From: Squalus acanthias
Lineage: Eukaryota
Reading direction: 5' to 3'
DNA: 64,000 nucleotides
Assembly (NCBI GenBank): GCA_030390025.1
Contig: CM059431.1
Location: forward strand, 101,124,001-101,188,000
The notes below the pieces were generated by a model. The model ran no database searches. It was not told the DNA's origin and saw nothing but the letters and a program-made list of their open reading frames with translations. Below are positions 50,311 through 62,240 of this stretch, piece by piece. Numbering within the stretch: the first letter of the stretch is position 1; each line of letters begins with the position of its first letter. The position numbers were made by a program, and so were the translations under genes.

Positions 50311-52101
50311 TCTCTATCTGATTATTTGAAACCTTTTTGGTCCTATCCTGCCTTAATCCTTGAGACTTTACTGTATTCTATATCACAGGCGTGATATACT
50401 GAATGATGGGTTACGCTTCTTCGACAGCACCTCCCAAACCCCCGATCTCTACCACCTAGAAGGACAAGGGCAGCAGGTGCATGGGAACACCACCACCTCC
50501 AAGTTCCCCTCCAATTACACACCATCCTGACTAGGATATATATCGGCCGTTCCTTCATCGTCACTGGATCAAAATCCTGGAACTCCCTCCCTAACAGCGC
50601 TGTGGGAACACCTTCACCACACGGACTGTAGCAGTTCAAGAAGGCGGTTCACCACCAACTTCTCAAGGGCATTAGGGATGGGCAATAAATGCTGGTCTTG
50701 CCAGCGATGCCCGCATCCCGAGAATGAATATTTAAAAAAAAAATGCTCCGATAGTTATTTGATATTTCTGGTATAAATAGTATCACATTATCTCAGGTTA
50801 TGATTGATTTATGGATAATTAACACCACACATATCAAAAAATGGGAAACGTGTGGAGTATTGGGATACAGGAAAACGACTGAAGTGGTTACATCAAGGAG
50901 CAAGTAGATCCCTTATCCTTCATCAGTCTCAATACATCTGTATTTCCCAATTTCCTTCTGTGCATCCAGCGGTTCCCTATAATCATGAAGTTGGGCAACT
51001 TAATTGGGTGAGCGTGGGACTTGGGGACCAGAAGGTCTTGGATTGTAATAACAATAGCCTTACCTCAGCCTTTCATCTCTCTCAGGTAGATAACACAAGC
51101 AACATGTCTTAGGATGTGGTGAGGCTGCAGTGCAGCACTAATTCTGTTGCAGAGCATCTCCGGGTTGTACAGCTACAGAGAAGGAATCAGCGATGCACCC
51201 GGCAGGAATTTTGTGGCCAATGGCGAGAAACCTCCACAGATAATTTCCCTCTCTCTATTGTTCTTTAGGTTGTGCTCCTGATCTTTTACGGGCAATTTAC
51301 TGCTCAAACCTCAATGAACATTGCTTAAAAAAAGATGATCTGGTCATTTATCTCATTGCTGCTTGTGGGAGCTTGCTGTGCGCGAATTTGGCTGCCGCTT
51401 TCCTACATTACAACAGTTACTACACGTCAAAAAAGTACTTAATTCGTTGTAACGCACTTTGAGACGTCCTGAGGTCGTGAAAGGCGTTATGTAGAGAATT
51501 ATATAGAATTTATAGCACAGAAACAAGCCATTCAACCCAACTGATCTGTGCTGGCGTTTATACTCCACACGAGCCTCCACCCACCCCTCCGTATAAATGC
51601 GAGTCTTTCTTTTTACTTCACTTCGCGAGTGGATTAAGAGAAGTGTTGGTGCTCCTGGAAAGTTGGTGCAAAAAGATTTTTGTTTTGTTGCTAAACATGT
51701 GATGCATATACCACTGCGTCAGCCAGTGAGTTGGAGACAGGGCCGGACTCACGGCAAACAGTCTACTTTACTGCAAACGGAGTCTATTTACTCAGCAGAG
51801 TCTAGTTAAACAGCGCACCACAGCAAACAGTCTACAGAGTCTATTTAAAAAGAGCCTCTACCAACTACAGCAAACAGAACTCATAATCAAAACTGTAGCA
51901 AAGTCTCCCGATAATAGCAGGATTATTTCTCCAGCAAAATGCAGTGAGCGGAGGATAGTTAAAGAATACAAATGATGTGCGTAAAATCGATCCCAGTCAC
52001 TTACAGCAGCGTGGTCTCCAGGCGTGACTGACGGGGAAGTTGCTCGATCCTCTCCATTCTGGCCCGGACTTGTGTGTTGCTATATGTGGTCATTATATTA
52101 G

Positions 52102-52664
52102 GGTAAGCGTTCTCCAAGGCGGCCTTCGAGACACACGACAATGCAAAATCGTCGAGCAGAAACTGATAGCCAAGTTCCGCACCCATGAGGACGGCCTCAA
52201 CTGGGATCTTGGGTTCATGTCACGCTACATGTAACCCCACCTGACGTAGAGTCATCCAGACTCGAGTTGTCGTTGGCTTGTTCTCTCTACACAGATGCGG
52301 CCGGACCTGCTGTGATTTCCAGCAAAAAAAAGTTTTTTGTTTTCCATACAGACCCCAGCATCTGCCACATTGTCTTTGATGTAATGTTTTCCTGACTGAC
52401 CTGTTTGGACACCATCCACACCTTTGATTGCTGTGATTATCTCTTGGCCAAGGTGTGATAAAGGGCAGTTGGAAAGATTAACTGTAATCATCTGGCTGTG
52501 TTCTCTGACTATATATGCTGTGCCTATATGTATCTCTTCACTTCACCTGACGAAGGAGCAGAGCTCCGAAAGCTTGTGATTTCAAATAAACCTGTTGGAC
52601 TAGAACCTGGTGTTGTGCGACTTCTCACATTTGTCCACCCCAGTCCAACACCAGCATCTCCACA
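52102..52664 (+). mobile_element. 5'-truncated PLE (family A) without inversion
   Basis: VSVLQGGLRDTRQCKIVEQKLIAKFRTHEDGLN. Hammerhead at 52542-52579, then tail. 12-bp TSD tcattatattag. Confidence 0.8.
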
Positions 52665-53831
52665 TCATTATATTAGCAGTGATGTTCCACTTTCAAAGCT
52701 TTGACCCCAGCATGAAAAAGTAAGGAGAGGGAGAGAGAGAGAAAACAGAGAACAGAAACGCCTCAAAATTTGTGAATGGTAGCTTTGGAGAAGTTCCAGT
52801 CCAAGTTCAAACTTTAAAAAAATGTCAAGGAAAAGCCCATTTCGAATTATCATTATTACTGTGTGTTGGGTACTGAGAACAGGTTATATTCCATTTTGAC
52901 TTTGTACCAGCACTATGCAATTTAATTCACTTTAACTATATAGGTCAAGCCATTTGGGATGTTATTCTATCTTAAGGGTGCTCTGTCAGTGAAAGTTGTT
53001 GTAGTTACAGCTCCGAGCAGAGTCAGAAAATCGAATTACTTACAGGAGCAAACGGCACATTTTTTGGCCTTGTGAGAATGTTTCAGAAGTTGAAGGAAAG
53101 TTCCAGCTCACGATGTTGAAACAATCATAGCAAGAATGATGGAGCGTTAGTATTCAATCAAATAAGGTCAGATTAATGAAAGATAAATTTGCAGTGAAGA
53201 AATATGTAAATTTCGAGCAAAGAACGATTTTTATCTGCAGCGAACTATAAAGCAGAGGTGGCTGTGAGGATCATGATTGGCAACTCGACCTTGTGCTCGT
53301 GTAATACTGAACACTAACCACACACAGAGATAGAACTGATTGCGATGTAAAAAAGAAAACAGTGACAGACTTTACACATTTGAACTCTCATCTGAGGCAC
53401 ACGTACCTCTCGCTTTTCAACACTGACAGCATTCCACTGTCATTTCTTCTGAGACTTAAAGGAGCGTGTAAGGAAATCTGTGCAGAAGGTGAGAATTTAT
53501 GTGGTTAAGTGACGGCTAAAGGTGTTAAACAGGTTGCTTTTTTTGTTAGTCAGTTTCATTACTGTGTAAAGTTCTGGTCACCATAGTTACAAAAAGGATA
53601 CAGAGGCACTGGAGAAGATGCCAAAAAAAGGTTCACAAGGATGATATCAGAACTGAGAAGTTATACTTATCAGGAAAGATTGAACAGGCGGGGGCTCTTT
53701 TCTCTGGAAAAGAGAAGGCTGAGGGGTGACCTGATAGAGGGTCTTTAAAATTATGAAAGGGTTCGATAGGGTAGATGTAGATAAATGTTTCCACTTGTGG
53801 GGCTGACCAAAACTAGGGGCCATAAATATAA

Positions 53832-54195
53832 AATATAACAACAGAAAACGCTGGAAAAACTCAGCAGGCCAGGCAGCATCCATGGAGAGAGAAACAGAGT
53901 TAACGTTTCAGGTCGAAGACCTTTCGTCAGAACTGGAAAAAAGCAGGAAATGAAATAGATTTAAAGCAAGGATAAAGCTGGGAAAAGGGGGAGGGGATGA
54001 AAGAACAAAAGGAGAGATTAAGAGACATTAAGAGATGATCAAGGCAAGAGGAGGTGTAAATGTGACAGATTGAGGCTAAAAGAAGTGTGAAATGCACTGG
54101 CAGAATGAAGGACAGCTGCCAGCTTCTGGGAGGGAAAAAAAAGTGGGGGGCCAAACAAAAGGGTGGATGAAAAAATAAAATATATTGTACTGGCT
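53832..54195 (-). mobile_element. PLE family B 3' fragment inside a CR1 fragment
   Basis: 10-bp TSD ataaatataa (53822-53831, 54196-54205). Hammerhead at 53898-53934 (-). Confidence 0.7.
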
Positions 54196-55347
54196 ATAAA
54201 TATAAGATAGTCACTAATAAATCCAATAAGGAATTCAGGAGAAACTTCTTTACCCGGAGATGGCGAGAATGTGGAACTCGCCACCACATGGACTGGTTGA
54301 GACAAATAGAGGAAGCTGGATAAGTACATGAGGGAGAAAGAGCGATGGGGTGAGATGAAGTAGAGTGGGAGGAGGCTCATGTGGAGCTTAAATGCCGGCA
54401 AGAACCAGTTGGGCAGAATGGCCTCTTTCTGTGCTGTAAATTCTATGTAATTATGCAGTCACCTTTATCAGAATGAAATAGTCTTTAAATAACTCCTCCC
54501 ATCCGAAGTTTATTTTTATTCGTTTTTTAACGGGATGTGGGTGTCGCTGGCAAGGCTGGCATTTATTGCCCATCTCTGACTGCCCTCGAGAAGGTGGTGG
54601 TGAGCCGCCTTCTTGAACCGCTGCAGTCCGTGTGGTGATGGCGCTGTTAGGGAGGGAGTTCCAGGATTTTGACCCAGCGACGATGAAGGATCGGCGATAT
54701 ACTTCCAAGTCAGGATGGTGTGTGACTTGGAGGGGAACTTGGAGGTGGTGGTGTTCCCATGCGCCTGCTGCCCTTGTCCGTTAGTCCGAGTGTTAGCTCC
54801 AGTCTACAGACCCATCAGCAAATGTGAAAACAGTGCAGCGGTCTGTAGACACACGCGGTGTAGAACATGATGGTTACCGGAGGTGGAGGGTGGGGGTGGG
54901 GGTGGGTGGATAAGGTTGGATGGGGGTGGTGGGTGGATGTGGATCTGGGTTAAGTGGGGGTTTGGGTGAGCGAAGTAGATGCAAAATAACCACTTGGGAT
55001 TTAATGCCATATTTCTGTGGTTTAGTGCAGAGGAACAAATTAATTGTCTTCCAATACCTTTCCCAGAAGCCTGGATTATTACATCGGCCAGTTTCCATGC
55101 ATGTATTTTTTTTGCAAGAGAAAAATAGTCAATGCACTGTAATTAGGATGGTCTCTGATTAGATAAATTTAGACTAGAATTGGAAAATTAGTTGAGGTAC
55201 AATGGAATTCTCGACTTGGACGATGAATGCATTCATTTTAGTGAACTTTAAAGTAACATTGAATCTACTCAGAAATGCTGTTCAGCAGAGAGGCTGAACA
55301 GTGAACTCATCATGAATCCCTACAATAAGTTACAGAAGCATAAATGC

Positions 55348-55750
55348 TTTGATTTTAAAATTCTCATCCTTGTTTTCAAATCCTTCCATGGCTTCGCCCC
55401 TCCCTGTCTCTGTAATCTCGTCCAGCCCCACAACCCTCCGAGATCTCTGCGCTCCTCTAATTCTGGCCTCTTGCGCATCCCCTGATTGTCATCGCTCCAC
55501 CAGTGGCGGCCGTGCCTTCAGGTGCCTGGGCCCCGAGCTCTGGAATTCCCTCCCTAAAACCTCTCCGCCTCTCTCTCCTCCTTTGAAGATGCTCCTTAAA
55601 ACCCACCTCTTTGGCCAAGCTTTTGGTCACCTGTCCTAATATCTTCTTATGTGGCTCGGTGTCAAATTTTGTTTGATAATCGCTCCTGTGAAGCCCCTTG
55701 GGACATTTTACTACGTTAAAGGCGCTATATAAATGGAAGTTGCTGTTGTT
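55348..55750 (+). mobile_element. L2-clade LINE 3' fragment
   Basis: Same 3' sequence and tail as the other L2 copies. Confidence 0.7.
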
Positions 55751-56105
55751 GATGTATTATCCAAACTTCAAACATTATCTGTCTACCATTTACATAAATC
55801 ACAAACTGCTCTAGTCAGCGGGTCTAAAAGGCAGAGGTGAAAGTATGGTGAGAGATGTTTCCTTTGCATTACAGCTTCTAATCTCAGTGCAGTATTTCGG
55901 TAGTTTTGGGTGCATATGTACAAACAGACAAACACCTGCCTATTCTGTGGTATTGTGTAGGAGGAGTCAAGAGTAAGAGTGGTCTTGAGGTGAAGTGGGG
56001 TTAGAGGGCAGGGGTAACTGGACCCAGTGTGCAGATGTACTTCAATCATCATTTTAAAGTCATACATTCTGCCCTTATTTTTATACAATATTTGATTATA
56101 TATAT

Positions 56106-56829
56106 GGGCCAGAAATTCGGCTCTCCAGCTTCCCGCGGGTGCAAGGATCGCGCGTGTACTTACCTAGCCGCGCCTGCCGTTGTGCTTCGGGCCCGCATGA
56201 AATTTGGCTCCTGGGCCTCCTGCAGCTGCCGGCGCGCAGTGCTTGCGTATCCCAGGGGCGCAGTTAGTTCGAAGCGTCCCCTGGGATCACGTGGGCCATG
56301 GAGCACCAATCGGAGCAGGGAATCTCCATTCATAGATTTTGACAGGAAGACCTCACTAAAACTTCAAATAAAATTTAAAAAAAACATCACATTTTTAAAA
56401 TAACTATAAATTACATAAATTAACTTTAAAATTCAAATTTTTGAAAAAATTAATTACACTTTTTAACGGGGCTAAAAGTAAACTTACCTTTCTTTAAAGT
56501 ATGTAAAAAAGATAAACCTGTTGAAAAAATGTTTAAATTATACTTAATTCACCACTTACCTTGTTAAAAGTAGGCCTTGCGCCTCCTTTTTTCCCGCGCA
56601 GCTTCTCCGTACTTACCCTCACGGAGAAACCTGAAAAAACCCCCGAAGTTCGCTGCGTGCGCGCTGCCTCTCCGGCGCACGCGTTCAACCTCTGAACCCC
56701 TTCCTTCAGGGGAACGGAAGTTCCGGTTTCCCGCGCATGCGCAGTGCATGCAGGAAACCGGCACTTTTGTTGGGTCTACGGGTGAGTACACAGCGCGTAC
56801 TCACCCGTGGAGACCCGAATTTCTGGCCC
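56106..56829. mobile_element. Harbinger-type MITE
   Basis: Perfect TIR GGGCCAGAAATTCGG/CCGAATTTCTGGCCC. Homologous to 18265-18988. Confidence 0.8.
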
Positions 56830-56869
56830 AATATTTCTAGTTAAACAGCTCTCAATCAACAGCTTCAAA

Positions 56870-57286
56870 AGAAAGAAGTTGCATTTCTGTAGCATCTTTC
56901 ATGACCTCAGGACTTCCCAAAGCCAATGAAGTACTTTTGAAGTGTCGTCACCATTGTAACGTAGGCAACGCAGCAGCCAATTTGCACACAGCAAGCTCCC
57001 ACAAACAGCAATGTAATAGTGACCAGATAATCTGTTTTTTTAGTGATGTTAACAGTGGGATAAATATTGGTCAGGACCACCAGGGAGAACTCCCCAGCTC
57101 TTCTTGGGATCTTTTACATCCACCTGAGAGAGCAGACGGGGTCTCGGTTTAACGTCTCATCCGAAAGACGGCACCTCAGCACTGCGCTGGAGAGTCAGCC
57201 TTGATTATGCGCTCAAGTCTCTGGAGTGAACCCGCAACCTTCTGACTCAGAGGCGAGAGTGCTGCCCACTGGGCCAGGGCTGACAC
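56870..57286 (-). mobile_element. Deu-domain SINE with internal deletions
   Basis: Reverse match to 58164-58635. Confidence 0.7.
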
Positions 57287-58163
57287 GAGAATACCAGCAT
57301 TATACGGCCGCAGCAACATTTGCAGTTTGTGGTCCATTATTTATAATAAAATCTGTTTGGGAGGGGAAAGAGATGGGGAAGGGGAAATAATTTGTTTTTT
57401 TCATTAAGAAATGTGCTGCTTGGACCAGGTAGGTAAAAAGAGACAGTTTCTGAATCTTTGTACAATTGCCCAGTGACTCATTCATTCGGCAAGAACAAAG
57501 GTTAGCAGAAAGTACTGAATACAAAAAAGACTTTTAATTGATGAGATAGACTTCCAAACTGGGTCACTGTGTCAAGTACAGTATTTAGAGTGCTGATTTA
57601 AAGCAACTTGATGAGGGAGCCCTGTATAAGACCATAAAAAATAGGAGCAGGATTAGGCCATTTGGCCCTTCGAGCCTGCTCCACCATTCAATAAGATCAT
57701 GGTTGATCTTCCACCTCAACTCCACTTTCCCACCCTATCCCCATATCCCTTGATACCCTTAGTGTCCAAAAATCTATCTATCTCAGCCTTGAATATACTC
57801 AACGACTGAGCATCCACAGCCCTCTGGGGTAGAGAATTCCAAAGATTCACCACCCTCTGAGTGAAGAAATTTCTCCTCATCTCAGTCCTAAATGGCCGAC
57901 CCCTTATTCTGAGAACTTTGAGAGAGAATTCTACAGAATGAGAGTGAATGGTAAGCGCTCTGGCATACAATAAATGCCCACATTTAGATAACAAGTGCAT
58001 GTTTTTGAATCATCTTTGTTTGATAAGACACTGAATCAAACAGAAATGGTGTGCAGAGTGGAGAATCTGCAATGATGGTACATTCTGAATCCCTGTATGA
58101 AGACCCTAAAAATCTGTTAGATTGTACTGGTGAAACTACCAATCATGTCAACCTCTCTAAAAG

Positions 58164-58635
58164 TGTCAGCTGTGACTCAATTGGTAGCAAACTCGCCTCT
58201 GAGTCAGAAGGTTGTGGGTTCAAGTCCCACTCCATGGGACTTGAGCACATAAAAAGCTAGGCTGACACTCCAGTGCAGTGCTGAGGGAGCGCTGCACTGT
58301 CAGAGGTGCCGTCTTTCAGATGAGATGTTAAACCGAGGCCCCGTCTGCTCTCTCAGGTGGACGTAAAAGATCCCACGGCACTATTTCGAAGATGAGCAGG
58401 GGAGTTATCCCTGGTGTCCTGGCCAATATTTATCCCTCAACCAACATAACAAAAACAAATTATCTGGTCATTATCACATTGTTGTTTGTGGGAGCTTGCT
58501 GTGCGCAAATTGGCTGCCGCGTTTCCCACATTACAACAATGACTCCACTTCAAAAGTACTTCATTGGCTGTAAAGCGCTTTGAGACGTCCGGTGGTCGTG
58601 AAAGGCGCTATATAAATGCAAGTCTTTCTTTTTTT
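58164..58635 (+). mobile_element. Full-length tRNA-derived Deu-domain SINE
   Basis: A box tgactcaattgg and B box ggttcaagtcc. Central gaggtgccgtcttt.gatgag..aagatccc..ggtgtcctggccaa resembles the DeuSINE domain. 3' end aaggcgctatataaatgcaag is shared with L2. Confidence 0.8.
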
Positions 58636-59804
58636 CTCTGTTTGGACTCATTTTTATTTCTGTGTGTTTTGATTTACGTGTCTGATGGGATCCTCAACAA
58701 ATTAAAGGACCCTTTGGTTGATACTCAGAGCCCCAAAACGGAAGAAGTACCTGAGGACTGGAGGATGACAAATGTATTTCCAATATTGGAAAAAGGAGTA
58801 AGGCACAAAGCTGGTAGTTACCGGTCAGTTAGTCTAACATCCACAGTGGGGTAAAATCTTGAGGACATGCTATGGGCAGCTATACATGGACACATTTAAA
58901 GAGCACAGGTGTCATCTGCGGCAGTCAGCATAGTTTCAGAAATAATGGGTCACGCTGTTCAAACTCACTGAGCCAGTAACTAAACTAATGGACAATAGTA
59001 ATCCAGTAGTTGTCATTTACATCAACTTTCAAAAAATCTTTTGACAAAGTTCTTCATGTCAGGCTAGTAAACAAGTTCAGTAAGCAAGTTCAGTAAATAA
59101 GTTAGTTAGCAAGTTTAATAAGTAAGTTTACTAAGTACGTTTAGTAAGCAGGTTTAGTAGGCAAGGGCTTTTGGAATAGTTGACAAATTGCTAGATAGAG
59201 TGACAAAAGACAGAGGGTGATGGAAAGTTGAAAATGCTCTGCCTGGGAAAAAGGTTCTGCAGGGACCTGTCCTGGGATCTCTGCTATTTACAGTTTTTGT
59301 GATATGGAATGGTGTCTGTGGCACTAGTATTACAGTTGGGGGACGGTAGCATAGTGGTTATGCTACTAGACTAGATCCAGAGACATGAGTTCAAATTCCA
59401 CCACGGCAGCTGGGGAATTTAAATTCAGTTAATTAAATAAATCTGGAATAAAAAGCTAGTATCACTAGCTACCGGATTGTCGTAAAAACCCATCTGATTC
59501 ACTAATGCCCTTTAGGTATGGAAATCTGCCGTCCTTACCTGGTCTGGCCTATATATGACTCCAGACCAACAACAATGTGGTTGACTCTTAACTGTCAACT
59601 GTGGTTCAAGAAGGCGGCTCACCACCACCTTCTCAAGGGCAATTAGGGATGGGCAATAAATGCTGGCCTTGCCAGCGACGCCCACATCCCGTGAACGAAT
59701 AAAAAAAAATTGCTGATGACATAAAGCTCTGTGGACAAGTAATTTGAAGATTGAATATCTTCAGAGAGACTTGGACCAATTATGCAGATGCCTTGAAATA
59801 TAAT

Positions 59805-60310
59805 TATCATAGAACCATACAGCGCAGAAGGCAGCCATTCAGCCCATCGAGCCTGTGCCGGCTCTTAGAAAGAGCTCTCCAATTAGACCCACTCCCCTGC
59901 TCTTTCCCCGTAGCCTGGCAAATCTTTCCCCTTCTAGTATTTATCCAATTCCCTTTTGAAAGTTACTACTGAATCTGTTTCCACCGCCCTTTCAGGCAGC
60001 GCGTTCCAGATCACAACAGGTTGCATAAAAAAAAATCTCCTCATCTCCCCCCTGGATTTTTTGCCAATTATCTTAAATCTGTGTTCTCTGGTTACCGACC
60101 CTCCTGCCACTGGAAACAGTTTCTCCCTGCCTACTCTATCAAAACCCCTCATAATTTTGAACACCTCAATTAAATCTCCCCTTAACCTTCTCTGCTCTAA
60201 GCAGAACAATCCCGGCTTCTCCAGTCTATCCACCTATCTGAAGTCCCTCATCCCTGGTGCCCTAGCAAATCTCCTCTGCACCCTCTCCAAGGACTTGAAT
60301 TCCTTTCTAC
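59805..60310 (-). mobile_element. CR1 LINE 3' fragment
   Basis: RLEKPGLFCLEQRRLRGDLIEVFKI..WNALP. Confidence 0.8.
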
Positions 60311-60384
60311 CTAGCTATGGTCTATGTCATAAAAATGAACCTTCTCAAACCATGTTTGCTTCTTAATGAGGTGATATCAAACTG

Positions 60385-60417
60385 ATGTATATTTTCTATT
60401 TTTTTTTTAAACAGAAG
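60385..60417 (+). promoter_or_regulatory. 3' splice site of the GPR183-family coding exon (tandem NAGNAG acceptor)
   Basis: T-rich tract ttttctattttttttttaaaCAG|AAG with AG at 60413-60414 and a second AG at 60416-60417, 27 nt before the ATG. Confidence 0.7.
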
Positions 60418-60441
60418 AATTACACCAAATACAAAGTTAAA

Positions 60442-61509
60442 ATGGATTCTGTTTCTTCTTCTACGACCATGAATAGTTCCACAAATGTGACCTGTGACGT
60501 GTACATGCACCATGAGTCGGCGAAAGTTATGTTCTCTTTGTTTTACATCATTATTCTCATAGTCGGTTTATCAGGAAACATTTTAGCCCTGCACATAACC
60601 TTCCAAAAACATCGAAAGATCAATTCAACCACGCTTTATTTAATCCACCTTGCCGTCTCCGATGCTCTCTTTACCCTTGCTCTACCAACTCGAATAATCT
60701 ACACCATCCGAGGATTTGACTGGCCATTTAATGAAGCACTGTGCAGAATTTCTGCAGTCATTTTCTACATCAATACATACGTCAGCATTCAGTTCATGAC
60801 CTGCTTGAGCGTTGACCGCTACATCGCGGTGGTACATCCTCTTCGATTTGCCAAGTTCCGGAAAGTTCAAAACGTTCGGTACATCTGCGGTGCAGTGTGG
60901 ATCTTCGTTTTCATCCAGACAGCTCCCTTGCTGTTCATGACGATGACCAAAGAGAATAATGGCTTGCTTACCTGCATGGAATACCCAAACTTTGAAACAA
61001 ATACTAACCTGCCCAAGCTACTTCTCTGTGCCTGTTTTTTGGGATACTGCTTCCCGGTCGCAGTCATACTGTTCTGCTACTCTCGAGTCAACGTGAAACT
61101 CTGCAAGACAGCAAAGGAAAACCCGCTAACTGAAAAGCTAGGCAGGAACAAAAAGGCCATCACCGTGATTCTGCTTGTTCTGATAGCATTTCTGATCTGC
61201 TTCACTCCTTATCACATCACCATCATCCAGTACATGATCCGGAAGCTTATCTCCCAACAGACCTGTTGGCAGCAGCAGGTCTTCAAGGTGACCCTGCAGG
61301 TGTCCGTCTGCTTCATGAACCTCAACTGCTGCGTCGATCCGCTTATCTACTTCTTTGCCTTCAAGGGCTACAAAAGGAAGGTTTTGAGCATATTAAGACG
61401 CCACATCACGTTGTCTTTGCCTAGCTCCGTGAAGATCAACTCTGAAAACAACAGCACTCCTGCCACAGTGAGTCAAATCCAAGGGTCTGCATCAGGATCT
61501 GGGAATTGA
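60442..61509 (+). CDS. GPR183: GPR183/EBI2-family class A GPCR (oxysterol receptor or close paralogue), 355 aa, single coding exon
   Basis: Intact 7-TM ORF with GN (TM1), LAVSD (TM2), DRY (TM3), CFTPYH (TM6) and DPLIY (TM7), plus GPR183-typical strings KINSTTLY, LPTRI, FYINTY, CMEYPNFE, NPLTEK and KGYKRK. The ORF-track start (60385) lies in a polypyrimidine tract, so the first ATG after the acceptor (60442) is taken as the start. Orthologue versus paralogue is unresolved. Confidence 0.88.
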   Translation: MDSVSSSTTMNSSTNVTCDVYMHHESAKVMFSLFYIIILIVGLSGNILALHITFQKHRKINSTTLYLIHLAVSDALFTLALPTRIIYTIRGFDWPFNEALCRISAVIFYINTYVSIQFMTCLSVDRYIAVVHPLRFAKFRKVQNVRYICGAVWIFVFIQTAPLLFMTMTKENNGLLTCMEYPNFETNTNLPKLLLCACFLGYCFPVAVILFCYSRVNVKLCKTAKENPLTEKLGRNKKAITVILLVLIAFLICFTPYHITIIQYMIRKLISQQTCWQQQVFKVTLQVSVCFMNLNCCVDPLIYFFAFKGYKRKVLSILRRHITLSLPSSVKINSENNSTPATVSQIQGSASGSGN

Positions 61510-61782
61510 CACTTGCTAATCTGTTGGTTTTTCGCCAAAATATAACTTCTTTGAGCAAGAATGACAAACACTAGTATTTCTTGCAGCTAGTTCAGGACTG
61601 ATCCTTCGCCATGTCCAAGCTAAAGCATCACAGGACTATGGGTTACTTGCGGTGACCTGATATGGTTTTGTTCCGTTATCCGCATTCACTCTTGTAAAAC
61701 ATACAAAGCTAATTTAGAGCATTTTATTCATACATCAAATTTTTTTCTATGTATGAGCTGGAAACTGGAAACACTCCTTTTT

Positions 61783-62240
61783 TAGTCGCTCAGTGGGCAG
61801 CACTCTCCCCTTGGAGTCAGAAGGTCATGGGTTCAAGTCTCACTCCAGAGACTTGAACACAGAATCCAGGCTGACATTCCCAGTGTAGTACTGAGGGAGT
61901 GCTGCACTGTCAGTCGGATGAGACGTTAAACCGAGGCCCCCGTCTGCTCTCTCAGATGGATGTAAAAGATCCCACGGCACTATTTCGAAGAAGAGCAGGG
62001 GAGTTCTGCCCACCGTTTTGGCCAATATTTATCCCACAATCAACATCACTAAAAAAAAAAATCATATTATCTGGTCATTATCACGTTGCTGTTTGTGGGA
62101 GCTTGCTGTGTGCAAATTGGCTGCCGTGTTTCCTACATTACAACAGTGACTACACTTCAAAAGTACTTCATTGGCTGTAAAGTGCTTTGGGACATCTGGT
62201 GGTCGTGAAAGGCGCTATATAACAGTCTTTCCTTGTTTTT
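61783..62240 (+). mobile_element. Deu-domain SINE downstream of the GPCR stop
   Basis: Colinear with 58164-58635. Confidence 0.75.

Noticed and set aside
58164..58235. tRNA gene
   Set aside because: It is the tRNA-derived head of a multi-copy SINE and continues directly into the SINE body.
60385..60441. 19-aa N-terminal extension from the ORF-track start
   Set aside because: The upstream ATG lies in or before the polypyrimidine tract of a splice acceptor and is probably intronic.
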